A stretch of 63,343 nucleotides of DNA, filler included, from Sphacelaria rigidula (GCA_964200075.2; 7 parts of 7 records of this genome joined end to end with filler, not necessarily neighbours in it); one strand, 5' to 3'. Numbered from the whole stretch's first letter, positions 1 to 12,629 are shown. Program-made: numbers and translations. Notes: generated by a model not told the origin, from the letters alone.

Positions 1-1972
1 TTTTTTTTTTTTTTGTTGGGGGTGGCGGGGTCAAGGGACAAACAAACAAGCCAGGAAAACAAAGGCCCCCCCCCCCCCCCCCCCCCCCCCCACTCCCACT
101 CCCACCCACCCCCGAGAAACTCCAGGATTCCAAAAACGGGCATAGGATCTCTGGATGTTTTTGGGCACTCTCGGGTGCACCCTTGAGGACAAGGCAACGG
201 TCGGCTGGTGATAATGAAAATGCACAAGAGGCGTTTTGTGCGGGAAAATATCCCGCTTACCCCAGTACACGACGTTGCTCTTCGTTGGTTTGCAACTCCT
301 CCGCTGGCGTCGTGTGTGCGAAGTGTTGGTGCATATATGATACCGCTTTTTGTCATGAAGGTTCACCAATTTGTGGGTGTTTCTTATTTTCGTCGGGTTT
401 CGAACCACTAACTAGGAAGTTGGGAGGGACACGTGAACGACAGCAGCAGTGGTCGAAGCCCAGTTTCGGGACGCGTGGTCGCTGTTTGCACTCCACGCTT
501 GGGCTGAACGTTGCACTCATATTCTTGTGTTGAAGTTAGCAATTCGTAAATATGCATGAAAGCGTAATACACTCGTCTCACGCTCAAAGTCGAAGTACCC
601 TTGACCCTGCTGTCAACGTGTGGGGGAAGAAGCAAAAAAGCGTACGTACCGGCCAAGTCTCTCACGAATTGTACTATGAGTAGCATCCGCTAACTCGAGT
701 ATCCCCGTTATCGCAGATGGTGAGCATGTGTGGGTAATCGTTTGATGAAGTTACGACGCCGCCCCCGACTAGACCCCAGCCACCCTGTTACAAGCAACAG
801 TTATATTCGGTTGGTTAGATTGAGTGTGGCACAACTAGGGATCCCCAAGGGATGCAGTCGTCATAACATGGCTGTACACAAGGTGAACAAATCGGAACAC
901 TTCCGGAAGGAAGAAGTGCGAAATATATGCTACAGTGAACTGAAATGAAAATAAAAGGAAAAAATAGTCGGTCACGATGAACGTTGATCAAAGAGGAAGC
1001 AAGAAATGACCGGCCCATGAAGCGTTGCTTCACGTGTATTGGGCCGTTCGCGAAATGCACAACGAAATAGGCTGGGCCGGCCAGAAAGAAACGTTTTACA
1101 GTAGTATCTGTACGTTTGACACGCGATCGACGAGGTGATTCGCGACGACACATTGTCTCGAAACCCTGAGCTTGGCTTCGTTGAGATGCGACAAATCATG
1201 ATGACGAATTCGAGTGATCGATCGGTTTTCGACGGATCGAAGCAACTCAGGGTTACAAGCCAAGAATCGGAAAGTAAGTTGCCTATGACGCTTCGAATAT
1301 TGAGGTTCCAAGTCGAGAGGGTCGATTCCGCGTGACGATGTCGGCCAATACCCAAGCTCTAGCCCGGCTCATCTTTGTACATGAAACACAAACAATAGCC
1401 GGTTGGAGCAGACTGCGGCTCCGCTATCCTAGAGTCATACTATTTGGCACGAGGTCTCACCCACCATGCCCACGGAAGCGGAGCACAAACACTGCTGGAG
1501 TGCAACATGATGATATATAAAGAACGTCAAACTGGGCGCACGAAAGATTGAAGAACTGTGCGGAACTATTTTCGGAGAGTGCAGCAAGTCTTTCCGAGGC
1601 GCGTGTAGATAACATCTTATGTACGTGTTTGATCATCCTCACTAGGCTCCCTTGGCGGAACTGTTCGATATTGAAATATGTTGGGGCGGGCGAAAGGATT
1701 TGAGTCCCGGCAGACACCTTTCTTGGTGAAAATGTGTATGCTTTGTGCCGTTGAGAACAGGACGCGAGTAACGAAAACAAGTTTGCCGTTGAGAGTCAAT
1801 CCAATGCGAGAGTGGTGATGGTCATAATCCCATCCGTGATACCAGACAGACAACACTAGGGTGATAAAGGGGCATACCTGACCCGCGCGCAAGAACTGAT
1901 GTCTGTTGTTGAGGGATGATAAACGGTGCGTTTGCCTTGGTCCCTTTTGCATGATGTCCTTTCTTCGCTCAG

Positions 1973-2044
1973 GCGCCATCCCCTCTGAGCTCGGCCGTCT
2001 AGGTCGTCTTCAAGTACTGCAGCTGGGCGGAAACGAACTGTCAG
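1973..2044 (+). CDS. 72-nt leucine-rich-repeat exon of a multi-exon LRR protein (ROCO/LRR-GTPase- or LRR-receptor-like), partial gene
   Basis: Pyrimidine tract plus AG (tcctttcttcgctcAG), then phase-1 exon encoding (G)AIPSELGRLGRLQVLQLGGNELS(G), a 24-aa plant-type LRR. Donor is G|GCAAGT. Confidence 0.88.
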
Positions 2045-2420
2045 GCAAGTAAAATATCAGAGAGTGATGGGTGCAGGGAAGGATTGATTCGTTTTTCCTG
2101 ATTTGTAGTGTCATGAGCTACTTCAGTGTCCAACATGAGTGATGACTTTTGTTCTTCACTTCTGTCGACACTACACTACTCGGAGACGACAGTCGTTGTG
2201 TAACATGTGCGTCGATTCACCTTATCTGTCGAGTGCGTTAGTTCTGGTGGGTCGCGTCAAAGCGAGTCGTCCCTGTTGCATGCACGTGTTTCATTTGACC
2301 ACAGCCGGATGCCTCCGTGGCATTGGCTTTTCGGCGTTTACGAAGCAGACCAGATATCGCGATCATGATAAATGTTGTGGGTCCTTGCGTGACCCCATGT
2401 GACGTTCATTTGACTTGGAG

Positions 2421-2464
2421 TTAGGGTTAGGGACCTAACCCTAACCCTAACCCTAACCCTAACC
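2421..2464. repeat. Short interstitial telomere-like tract, (TTAGGG)2 followed by about 5 CCCTAA units
   Basis: ttagggttagggAcctaaccctaaccctaaccctaaccctaacc, followed by a duplicated tttttgttgaacctaccgccc (about 2470 and 2525) with more CCCTAA-like units between the copies. Confidence 0.85.
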
Positions 2465-5400
2465 AATGATTTTTGTTGAACCTACCGCCCTTACCCTAAC
2501 CCCAACCCTAAGCTGTGCCAGCATTTTTTGTTGAACCTACCGCCCGTAGCAACGTCGAGCGTTCGTTGCAATAAGTTGTGCATGTCGGATTGTTGGCGAT
2601 AGTAGGCCGCGTCTAATGTAATTGCTTTCTTGTCACAGTGTCGTATCGTTCAATGTTTTAGTGCGGTGAAGCATGCTGAGTTGGAGAAATTTCCGTTTTT
2701 GGTGGCTCCTTGTTGGGGGCAAAACAGCAAGCTGCGGTGCTTTGTCCGATACGAGGTCTGCATGAACGTAGGCGGAGAAGGTGGCGAAGTGCATGCGTCT
2801 CTGAAGCTCATTTTTTTATTGCAGACTTTCTGCCCTCGTCAGTGCAGATGAATCAAACCGAGCACCTTTTTGGCGTTGTCGCTAGGTATACTGTGGCTCC
2901 ACGTTTCATAACCGTGTTGGACGAAAACACTGGGGACGGGCGAAAAAATGTGGGACAGGACGGTGCAATTTCATCGTTATCCCCAAAATAAGTAGCGATG
3001 CTGAAAGCTGGAAACAGGCTAGTTCACCCGTTTTGGCTGCTCAATAACAATCATTCTCGCAGAGAACACCCTCACATGGCCGTCTTCCTAACGGTCGGTC
3101 CCGGTAGGACAAAAGAAAAATGCAGCACTTCACCCGAGGTTTAATCGCCTCGAAAGTGTGTAACGATCCCGTCATGAAGGAAAGCGTGCCGATCACAAAG
3201 GAGAGTCCTATGCACGAGGAGAAAGAAAGTATGTTTGTCTCGTACATGCTTCGTGTTCCACGGCGGCACAGCATACCTTCACGCGTTCGATATTGGTTTC
3301 GTGGTTCACCTGGTGTCCACCGATCATATATACATATTTCCGGCTACGAGATGTTGGAGTTATGCGATTCAGAAAATGAGCAGACTCGGGTATTGGCGCT
3401 GGAAGGTTCAGAAAGAAGTACAGGCCGCGTCGTCTTCATTTGCGATTGCCACCCAATACTAGGTTATCTTGTTTTAACGATCCCACGTGGGTACGTTTTG
3501 TCAGACAATTTAGATACGAGCTAGGCCGGCCTCAAAACTGAAATTCCTTTCACCGAACATATCTCGAGAACCGCGGCATGTCGCAAAGTGAACGTATCCC
3601 TTTGATCGGTAGATAGCCACGCGTGTGGTTGGACAGCTCTTAGTATACTTGATGGTGTTGATATAAGGGCAAAAGTGGTGTCCCAAAATATCCTGTTACG
3701 TGTATGAGTGGATGCCGTTTTTGGGTACTCTTGTTGCGGTATGTTGTGCCAATATTTCAATGCGGTTATCTCGGCAATGAAGCGGAGGATTGGACTGCGG
3801 TTTGTTGCGTGCGCTTTCCACACACTCAATCTAGGTTGCGTCGTTCCGCGATTGCCTTCGTGGGTGATACTAAGCTGCACCGAATTAAAATGTACACGAA
3901 ACGTTTTTTTCAGTTTGTGGGGCTCTTCGGATCCGCTGTAGCGAATTGAGCAAAGGGGTAACGGCTTGACCTACCTGGCTTTTGGTTGTATGCGGTCGGC
4001 TGTGCAGCGCCGCGAGCCGGTATGCTTCCTTTGTCGAGAAACTCGCGATACAAAGTGCTACAGCTGTCGCATACTAGACCAAGTTGTTAAGGGATGAAGC
4101 GTGTATTATTTTCGTGTTCTGCTTGGCAGAGATGTGATCCCGTGATGACGTGTTCATTACTTCTCCGTGTTTTGTTTGATTATTTCCGGAGAAGGTTTGT
4201 TGAGCCTTGAGGGCCCCTCTGACACCCACAACTTTTTTGAGTGCAGGGCAAAACGGTGGTCTGATGGTCAGACCGTTATCGTCAGGGTGCAGAGGACAAG
4301 GGTTCGCTTTCGGTCAGACACGTTGTTCTCCCTTCTTCGAAATACATGGTTTCCATCGGCGTATCAATCGTGAGTACGTGAGGAGACATGGATTGATCCC
4401 TTAAGACCAGTAAACCACTAGACCATGGACTCATCGCGTGTGTCAAAAGAGAGTGGAAAATACAAGGGGTCTCGTGCCGTAATAAACTACGTTTAATGAA
4501 GCACGTGCCTAAACATTCGCCAGGAGAAATATGCTCGCGATTCTGCCGCGTATGATCGCAATGATATGGCGATTAAATATCTTGGACGTATACGCAGAGT
4601 GAGTTTACCCGCTGGGTCTGCGGTATCCACATGCGCGCGTCCCACATTTCTACCATGTGCCTTGTACTTCCTGTACTACACACAGCATTCGCTTGGCTGC
4701 TGACACTCTCTTCGGACCAATATTCTTGTTGGAACGTCATCGTCACATCAAAGCTGTCGTGGTACGGGTATCAAGTTTCAAGGAGAGAACAGGGAGGTTG
4801 CAGATGTTACTCGCCGGGCGATATATCACGGTTAAGACGAATCATCGCCGGTTCGAACCACAAAATCCACCATTTCCTAGGCCTGATTGGTTGAAAGAGG
4901 AGAAAAGATTGACCGCTGGTAAAAAAAGGTCTCCACGCAATTTTTGTGCCATTCCACGCGCCTGGGCTGCGCATACCTAGGTTGCAACGCTGAAAATAAG
5001 GCGTAAGGATTGATTCGTACTGTATGAATCAGTCGCACTATACTCAAGTAATTTCCAGACGAATGGTAAATTCGTCCGACTCTTGCAATAGATTTCTCTT
5101 CGATGATCGAAATAGTGCTCTATTGGAAGTCTCCGGCGACATTTTTGCGACGACCAAAAGAGCATGCACTTTTATCCACAAAATATACGGAAGAGTTTCG
5201 AAAATTCGCCCTCCTGTGAGTTCAATTTTGCCAGGCTGTACATATCTCGTGAATTTGACATTTGGAAACTTGCTGCAAATCTTTACCATTTTTAGTTCAA
5301 CATGTGTGTTGTGGGGGGAAGGTAGTGTTGCGAAAGTGTCGATGCAAAATCAAAATGTGTTTCCGAAACTCCATTACGTTTGTGTGGATTCAACTGAACG

Positions 5401-7098
5401 TACTCTTGGTCGTGGCGAAAACGTCGCCCGACATTTCCTGAAGTTCCAGCACTTTCCATCATCGGAGGGTAATGGCCATAAAGAGTGCATCCCCCCCCCC
5501 ATGATTTGACGGCGCCGCCCAGTATCATTTACATTTATCGGTGCCTCGCGGTGAAAAATGGCTGGGAGACGCACATCAGATCACCCTGTACCGACCGTCA
5601 TCGATACATGAAAGCAGTCGGGGTCATTGATTTCTGGTACTCAGGAGGAAACAGACTGGTGGTACACATCCGCCTTCACGTATCAACATTGATGAACCCT
5701 TCGACCGGCAGGGTTGATCTCCTGTTGAATTGGCAATTTAGCTCGAGGAATGAAGACAAGACGTAAAGGTTAATGCACAGCTCTCGCTAGTGCAATCAAG
5801 TTCCGATCATGTGTTTGATCCGGCTGTCAAATAGGAGCATGCATAGCCTAGTCTCCGCATCCTCCAGGTTCGTCGTATGTTCAGTCGTCCAGCCAGTAGT
5901 CGTAGGACGTAAGGTTGGGCTGCCTTTCTCGACAGAGTGCATGGATTTCAAACAGGAAGAAGAGAGAATGAAGAAAAACAGGGAGGGGACGAAGAAGAAA
6001 AAACAGAAAATTGCCCTGTTTGGGGTGTTTTTGTTTTTGGCACACGGGGAGGACAAGATGATTCCAGATGCACCAGGTGACATGTGTTGGCTCTGCATAC
6101 GAAATGCATTACTGCTGTTCCTCGCGCGTTGTGGGGAAACATCGATACATCTTGTGCCCACCTCCGCAGTGGTGTCCGTAGTGTGTAATACTACCTACAA
6201 TCGGGACGGCTTCATTGTTCGCGGGCTGTTGTTATTTTGGTGCCACATGGTGAGGCATTATACGCACATTGTTTGTGGAGTACAGTACATGCATGAGATG
6301 CTACTCGCGATCAATGGGCTATTTCGAAGGCACCTCGATGCTTCGCAAGTTTCTTCGTCAAACACAACATCTACGGGTTTACATCTTCAGTGAAGCGCAG
6401 GTGCCTTTGTACCAGAAATGTTCGATCCTATGGGGGTTTGGGGGGTTTTCCGGTCACCACGTCTGCATCACGGCTTCTGTTGATCCCAAACTCTGAGAAT
6501 TAAGAAGCGCAAGGACTCGATACAAAATCGGGGAGAAATATATGACCTGCGACCAACTTTGAACGACATACGGGCTCACCAGTCTTCGAGCGTCCTACGA
6601 GTGTACACTGGTACAGCCCCTAACCCTCACCAAAAACCGTGTGTTCTGGGCCATGTGCGGTCAATGACACCCCCTCGATAAACGGGGTTTTACTTCGTAT
6701 CGTTCCGACACAACAAAATGTCCTGAACACGATCTTCTGTCCTGAACACGATCTTCTTCTTCTTTCAACGTTTACCCACTCTCAAACTCTCGAGTGAAAG
6801 CGACAAATTGTCTTTGAAATATAACACAATGTAGTGATTACCATAATCAAAGTTTGATCACTGCAGCGCAGATTGCGCCACGTTTTACTTATTGTGTCAC
6901 TCTCGTGCTTCACTCCGCTATGGAGAAGAAGCCCAGCGCGTAGCCGAGGAACAGGTATACCCGCGACGTTCACAGCGGCCACTGACTACGAGGTGAAGCA
7001 ACGGCGGCAGTCCACACGGCTTACAAGTATTACTTGCGGATGGTTAATGATCCGTTAAGCTAGTCATTTTTCCGCGCTGCCCCTTTCGTTCGGCATAG

Positions 7099-7170
7099 GT
7101 GGTATCCCCAAAGAGCTCGGACTACTTACTGCTCTAAAGGTGCTGAACCTGACGGGAAACCGGCTGACAG
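7099..7170 (+). CDS. Second 72-nt LRR exon, probably the same gene
   Basis: cggcatAG|GT GGT ATC CCC...CTG ACA G|GTGAGC, phase 1-1, encoding (G)GIPKELGLLTALKVLNLTGNRLT(G). Confidence 0.9.
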
Positions 7171-7549
7171 GTGAGCTACTTGAACGATGTCTCGCCAGTA
7201 TGGGGTCATTGCCGGAAGCTACCATGCAAGTAATGTGTCTTTATCGTAGACGTCGCTGCCTCGCCGAGTGCGAGGCGTGGTATCATGTACCTGGCCAGGT
7301 ACTTATCTTCTGGTATTTGTGCGGTGCCCGTGGTTGCTTTTGGGGAATAAAGTATCAGGATGAGCTGGGCCCGCCAGGCATTGTCTGTCTTTCATCTTTC
7401 TGCTGTGGTAAACCATCCCTTCCGTGTGACGTACATGTCGGAGCACTTGCCGTTCGACGAGCCTGTTTTTGTGCTGTCTGCCGACTTGAAACGTACGGAG
7501 CCTTCTCATCGAGCCCCACAATACGTAGACCCCAACCCGGTCCCGGAGA

Positions 7550-8600
7550 ACCCCCTCTACTTTTTTTATTTAACCTACTATAACACAGCCCGGACATGGA
7601 CATGAAATAGAGCAGCTAACCCTCCTTTTTATTTTACCTACTATAACACAATCCGGACATAGGCATGGAATAAAGAATGTAACCCTCCTTTTTCTTTAAC
7701 CTAGCATAACACAGCCGGACATGGACATGAAGTGAAGAAGATAACCCTCCTTTTTCTTCAGCCTACCATAGCTCAGCCCGGACCTAGACATGAAATACAG
7801 AAGCTGATCCTCCTTTTTCTTCAGCCTACCATAGCACAACCCGGACAAAGACATGGAATGAAGAAGCTAACTCTCCTTTTTCTTTTACCCACCATAGCAC
7901 AGCACGGACATAGACATGAAATAAATAAGCTAACCCTTCTTTTTCTTCAACCTACCATAGCACAGCCCGGACATATACGTGAAATGAAGAAGATGACCCT
8001 CCTTTTTCTTTAACCCACCATAGCACAGCCCGGACATGGACATGGACATGAAATAAAGAAGCTAACCCTCCTTCTTCTTCAACTTACCAGATCACAGTCC
8101 AGACATAGGCATGAAATAGAGGAGCTAACCCTCCTTCCTCTTTTTCTCACTATAGCACAGCCCGAACATAGACATGAAATAGAGAGGCTAACCCTCCTGT
8201 TTCTTCAACCTACCAACACACAGTCCGGATGTAGACATGAAACAGAGAAGCTAACCACCCTCCGTTTTCTTCAACCTACCAACACACAGTCCGGACATAG
8301 ACATGAAACAGAGAAGCTAACTGTAATGCGTGAGAGGACCGCGTGCTTAGAGGACCGCCCCGTAGTTCAAAACACCTCAGGATTGATGTTTATCAAAACC
8401 ATTCGGGCCAGTCCTTGCAGGTTCCACGCCCCCGACCATAAACCCAACACTAACCCTAACCCTAACCCTAACCCTAACCATGGAGATGTTCAAATTCCGA
8501 TGCGGTCCTCTAATCACGCGGTCCTCTCACGCATTACACTAACCACGCTCCTTTTTCTTCAACCTACCAAAACACAACCCAAACATCAACGTGGAATCGC
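7550..8600. repeat. Intronic minisatellite, unit about 60 bp, about 14 diverged copies, interrupted by a MITE
   Basis: Repeated unit like aaccctcctttttcttcaacctaccatagcacagcccggacatagacatgaaatagagaagct, recurring at about 60-bp spacing. Confidence 0.92.
8322..8538 (+). mobile_element. 217-bp MITE with TGT...ACA ends, 37-bp TIRs, 5-bp TSD and internal (CCCTAA)n
   Basis: TIR TGTAATGCGTGAGAGGACCGCGTG(C/A)TTAGAGGACCGC at both ends. TSD CTAAC at 8317-8321 and 8539-8543. A second copy lies at 31297-31513. Confidence 0.93.
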
Positions 8601-8964
8601 CAAGAACAAATCTATTACACCATATCAAGTCGGAAAATAACTGAGGTTCTTCCCCATCATACCATACCAAACGTAAGACAATAATAAATCCAAAACCTAG
8701 ACATGGAAACAACAGCGTTCAGGTTGACCACCTTGCATGCAAATCGAAAGTATAGGAGGTATAACCAGTACGGATAGGGTAGGGTCATCACCCCCTCCAT
8801 GTCAAAGTCACATGGAGGTTGGGGTCTCGTCGTGAGATACTCGTGAAACCTCACCGGTTTCCAGCAACCGGTGGAAGTCTGGTCAGTCATTACCAGAAAT
8901 TTCCGACATTAGGTGCAAAAAGCGCCTACTGAAGGGAAGGGGTGGACAATGCATGGCATAAATG

Positions 8965-9064
8965 NNNNNNNNNNNNNNNNNNNNNNNNNNNNNNNNNNNN
9001 NNNNNNNNTTAATTAATTAANNNNNNNNNNNNNNNNNNNNNNNNNNNNNNNNNNNNNNNNNNNN
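8965..9064. other. Artificial contig spacer N44-TTAATTAATTAA-N44
   Basis: The identical 100-bp linker, with stops in all six frames, recurs six times in the window. Confidence 0.98.
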
Positions 9065-9278
9065 CCCTGCTCCTCCCTTACCCCTCCAACAAACACAGCC
9101 CGTAAGTCTCTCAATTTTGAGTACAGATGCTTTTTTTTTTTGGAATGTGGAGCTGATACAAATATCTTCAGATCCCCAATGTGATGAGCGGTGGCAAGCG
9201 AAAAGAGCCCAAGGAAACCGCCAATGACGAAGAAATCACAAAATGCCTCAAAATGAATAGTGAGATCGCCCACTACTG

Positions 9279-9382
9279 CAGGTCGAGTACGGCGTTCAGT
9301 ACTTTACTCAAGTTTTGAGTACTAAAAGTATGACTCTTCAAGAATACTGAGTATTGAGTATACTCTCGTCGAACTACCCTTG
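9279..9382 (+). mobile_element. Isolated degenerate right end of the CAAGGGCAGG-type hAT family
   Basis: Aligns with about 14480-14580 (ttgagtactaaaagtatgactct...ctgagtattg.gtatactct..tcga.ct.cccttg). Confidence 0.8.
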
Positions 9383-10268
9383 AAGATGCGTGCACTGTCG
9401 GCGCACCCGAATGAAGCATACAATAATTAAACAGTATCCAGTTGTGCCAGCGGCTGTATGGACGACTGTTATCGTATTTTTATGTGTACACTCATGCGCG
9501 GCGGAAAAAAAAACAAAAACATACAGCCATATGCCCGATTTGTTCATCATGACGTTCGGCCGGCGTCAGACGGAAATTTCCGGAGAAGGGTCATTGACGT
9601 GTACATTGCCGGTGTTGAAGGGCACGGGTATATCTCCCGCAAGCCTGCTCGATCATCATCAGCTGAGTGACCTCTGCGACCCGTTTAATCTGTTGACATT
9701 TCTCGTGTGGTAACCTGTACACACACCCGCTTGCTCTGCACACATGGCGTGATGACTGACCTGCATGACCCGTGCGATCCGTACATATCTGTCTGATGAT
9801 GATATGTATGACCCGTGTGATCCGAACATGATGTCCTTGGGCGCACCTATGTAATCCGAATCAGATGTACACGAAACGTCCAGGAGAACCTGTCATGTAT
9901 CCTTATTATACTGTAACCCATACAAGATACCTCCCTCTTGATCGATGAGATCCGGATCGCGAGGACCGTTTCATAACTAGTTGAACTTCATCACCCGAAT
10001 CGGGTATACATGTTCGTTCACATTTGAGCTGTATGACCCGGATCCTGTAGAAAGTGATCCGCACGATGTGTGACAGCTTTTCGTGATTGGATACGACAAG
10101 ACTACAGATTCGGTGCCCTCCGTGCCGGAAAATGGCCAGCGATTTATATCATTTAATTCAAGGTGATAAATATAATTCAACCAACAGGTCACCACCGTAT
10201 GAGCTAGGAGCCGGTGTCGTGCGCTCGCCTCTCCATCTATCTGCTCAAGTCCTGTGCATGACTGCACT

Positions 10269-10452
10269 ATGCAGATTTTAGGTTTCGCCGTCTTAGCTTT
10301 GTTTTTCCCTCAGGGGTACCGGGTGTTGGCATTCGCAGCAACAGCAGCAGCATCGACGTCCGGCGATGTCTTCATGTTCGCCCCCACTCCGAATTCAACG
10401 AAACTGCGGTGTCAGCTTTGCGATAGGCACCAGCGGAGGTCCCATGCCGCAG
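10269..10452 (+). CDS. Putative exon 1 of an uncharacterised protein with a signal peptide and transit-peptide-like region
   Basis: ATG...GCA G|GTGCAT. MQILGFAVLALFFPQGYRVLA-FAATAAASTSG... has a hydrophobic N-terminus, Phe after the predicted cleavage site and then a Ser/Thr/Arg-rich stretch. Its phase-1 end matches the exon at 14976. Confidence 0.5.
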
Positions 10453-10976
10453 GTGCATGCAAATAGGAGTAGCATGGCTAGGCTTGTACTGAACTGTAGC
10501 AGCATATCGGCAACGAGATTCAGTGGTATTGCGTTGCGTGCTCGGCGTCGGTCGTCTTCTGATATATATGATCTTCTCATGAACGTCGTCATGGATCCCA
10601 ACTCCGAATTGCAGCAGATACAAACCGCACGGACAGTGATTTCGATTGTCGCACCTCGACTGATTCCCCAACAAGGATCCAGCCGTCGTCACATGATAGA
10701 CGTACCCGAGATGAAAATGAAACGGAAACACACGCCGAAAAAAATGTGCACAGACAGTTTAACTCCTTGGCCACCGGGCCTCGTTTCGGTACAATATATT
10801 GTAAATCGATATTTTGACGGACAGCCCCGCAGGAATTGTGCAACCATGCAAGGGCAGGTCGAGTAGAGTATGTACTTTTGACTGCTTGAGTAGAATACTC
10901 AAGTATTTACTCTGCTCATATTTCGAGTAGGTCGAGTACGGCCTCAAATACTCTGCTCAAAATTTGAGTAGATTGA

Positions 10977-11090
10977 GTGTGTGTGTGTTGCCGTCCCGTC
11001 TATTCTGGACGCCGGTGTACACCTTTCGGTGCATGTGAGCGCACCAGCCGGGGTCACACAGGAGGGAGGTCAACACAGGAGCTTTTTTTT
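10977..11090 (-). mobile_element. 3' fragment of the (CA)n-tailed SINE family
   Basis: Reverse complement of about 55800-55894 (ctcctgtgtgaccccggctggtgcgc...gaaaggtgta.accggcgtccagaataga.gggacg.caacacacac). Confidence 0.85.
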
Positions 11091-12629
11091 GTTTATTTGT
11101 TTTCCGGCAATATAAGCAAGGTTTCTATGATATTGAGAGAAGGGTATCATTTGGGCACGGTGGACGTCGGACAACTCTGGCATACGAACACATATCACAT
11201 TGGAGAGCAAAAAACGAATCCGCTCGATGGGAGGGGAGGGTGCGTTCCCATCCCCTGATCGGGGAAATGGCGGAAATCTGGCGTGATTGTACCCAGCGAC
11301 GTGACAAACAGACTAAATGCCAATTTTGATAGAGGTACTCCGAAGAGCTGAAATTGGGTTAGACATTAGATGCGAAAAACAAGTGCCCCGTCGAAAAGGG
11401 AGAGAAAAAATTGTCTTCATCCCCGGGTTGGCGTTATCATAGAAAACGCCGCCGAACTCCTCTCTTGCTGCCGGCGAGCAGATAGCGAACCACCTCTTCT
11501 CTCTCCGAAACGTTGAAATTCTTGCGTTTCTACCCCCCACCAGCAGATGGGAAGGCGTTTGACCGGAGCTTCAAAGTTGGGATGGTGAAATCGGGCGCCG
11601 TCTGCTGGGGTGGAACACACTTTTTTTTATGTGATTTGAAAAAAGCAGCAGTTCTGCGCGCTGCGCGCCAGCGTGGCAGAACCAACAAAAAAAACTGTTC
11701 GGAAAAAGAGTTCTGCACACCCGAGTTAGACAGTTTTTGTCCAAATCTTGCTGAGATTCTCGGCCGGAGGGAGTATTAAGTAGGCACTCTCAGTAATACT
11801 CGAGTATAGAGTATCGCTTGGGTATGACCTCAATATTCTACTCAAATTTTGACTAGGTGGAGTACGCCTAAAATTCTCCACTCAATCTTTGAGTAGATTG
11901 AGTACGGCCTCAAATACTCTACTCAATTTTAGAGTACGTCGAGTACGGTCTCGAATACTCTACTCAAATATTGAGTAAGCACTCTCAGTAATACTTGAGC
12001 ATAGGGTTTATCACTTGGGTATCATGAGCAACCGTGACCGGTGACCTTCGTGACGTCACTTCACAGACTATGTCGAATACATGGGCGAACGATGGTCATC
12101 AACTAGATGAGTGACGGTACGTCGCGGGCTACAATGAGTATAAGCGAATAATGGCCATCAAGAACCAAAGAAAAATCGTGCAGGTGAATGAACCTATCTG
12201 CCCAAGCTCTCCTGCCCCCACCCATGGCAGTACATACTCGATACCTCTCAACCCCTTTGATATCACTTTCATTACAGAGCGCTACTCATCATTATTGAGT
12301 AATCGAGTAGACGGGTTGTCGGATAGGTATTATCATGAAAATGAGCGACTCTACTGGCCGCACATGTGACTCCTCCATGGGAAAGTCAGCGGTAGGGCAT
12401 CGGGTCCAGCCTCAGGTACTCCACCCAACTTTCGGGTATATTGAGTATGACCTCAAATACTCTACTCAAATTTTGAGTAGGTCGAGTACGGCCTCAAATA
12501 CTCTACTCAATTTTTGAGTACGTCGAGTACGGTCTCAAATACTCTACTCAAATATCTAGAATGCACTCTCAGTAATACTTGAGTATAGAGTATCACTTGG
12601 CTATGAACGTGACACTCTACTCAAATTTT

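Noticed and set aside
4250-4432. tRNA-like boxes on both strands (for example minus-strand GAGTCCATGGTCTAGTGGTT)
   Set aside because: No cloverleaf and the B boxes are degenerate. At most a decayed SINE head, not supportable as a tRNA.
7732-8013. ORF encoding a 20-aa repeat peptide
   Set aside because: By-product of the 60-bp minisatellite. Neighbouring units contain stops and there are no splice signals.
9009-9020. Recurrent TTAATTAATTAA motif as a biological element
   Set aside because: Always centred in exactly 88 Ns, so it is an assembly linker with six-frame stops.
11336-11775. Stowaway/mariner-like end CGGAGGGAG-TA at 11765-11775
   Set aside because: No convincing matching left TIR was found.
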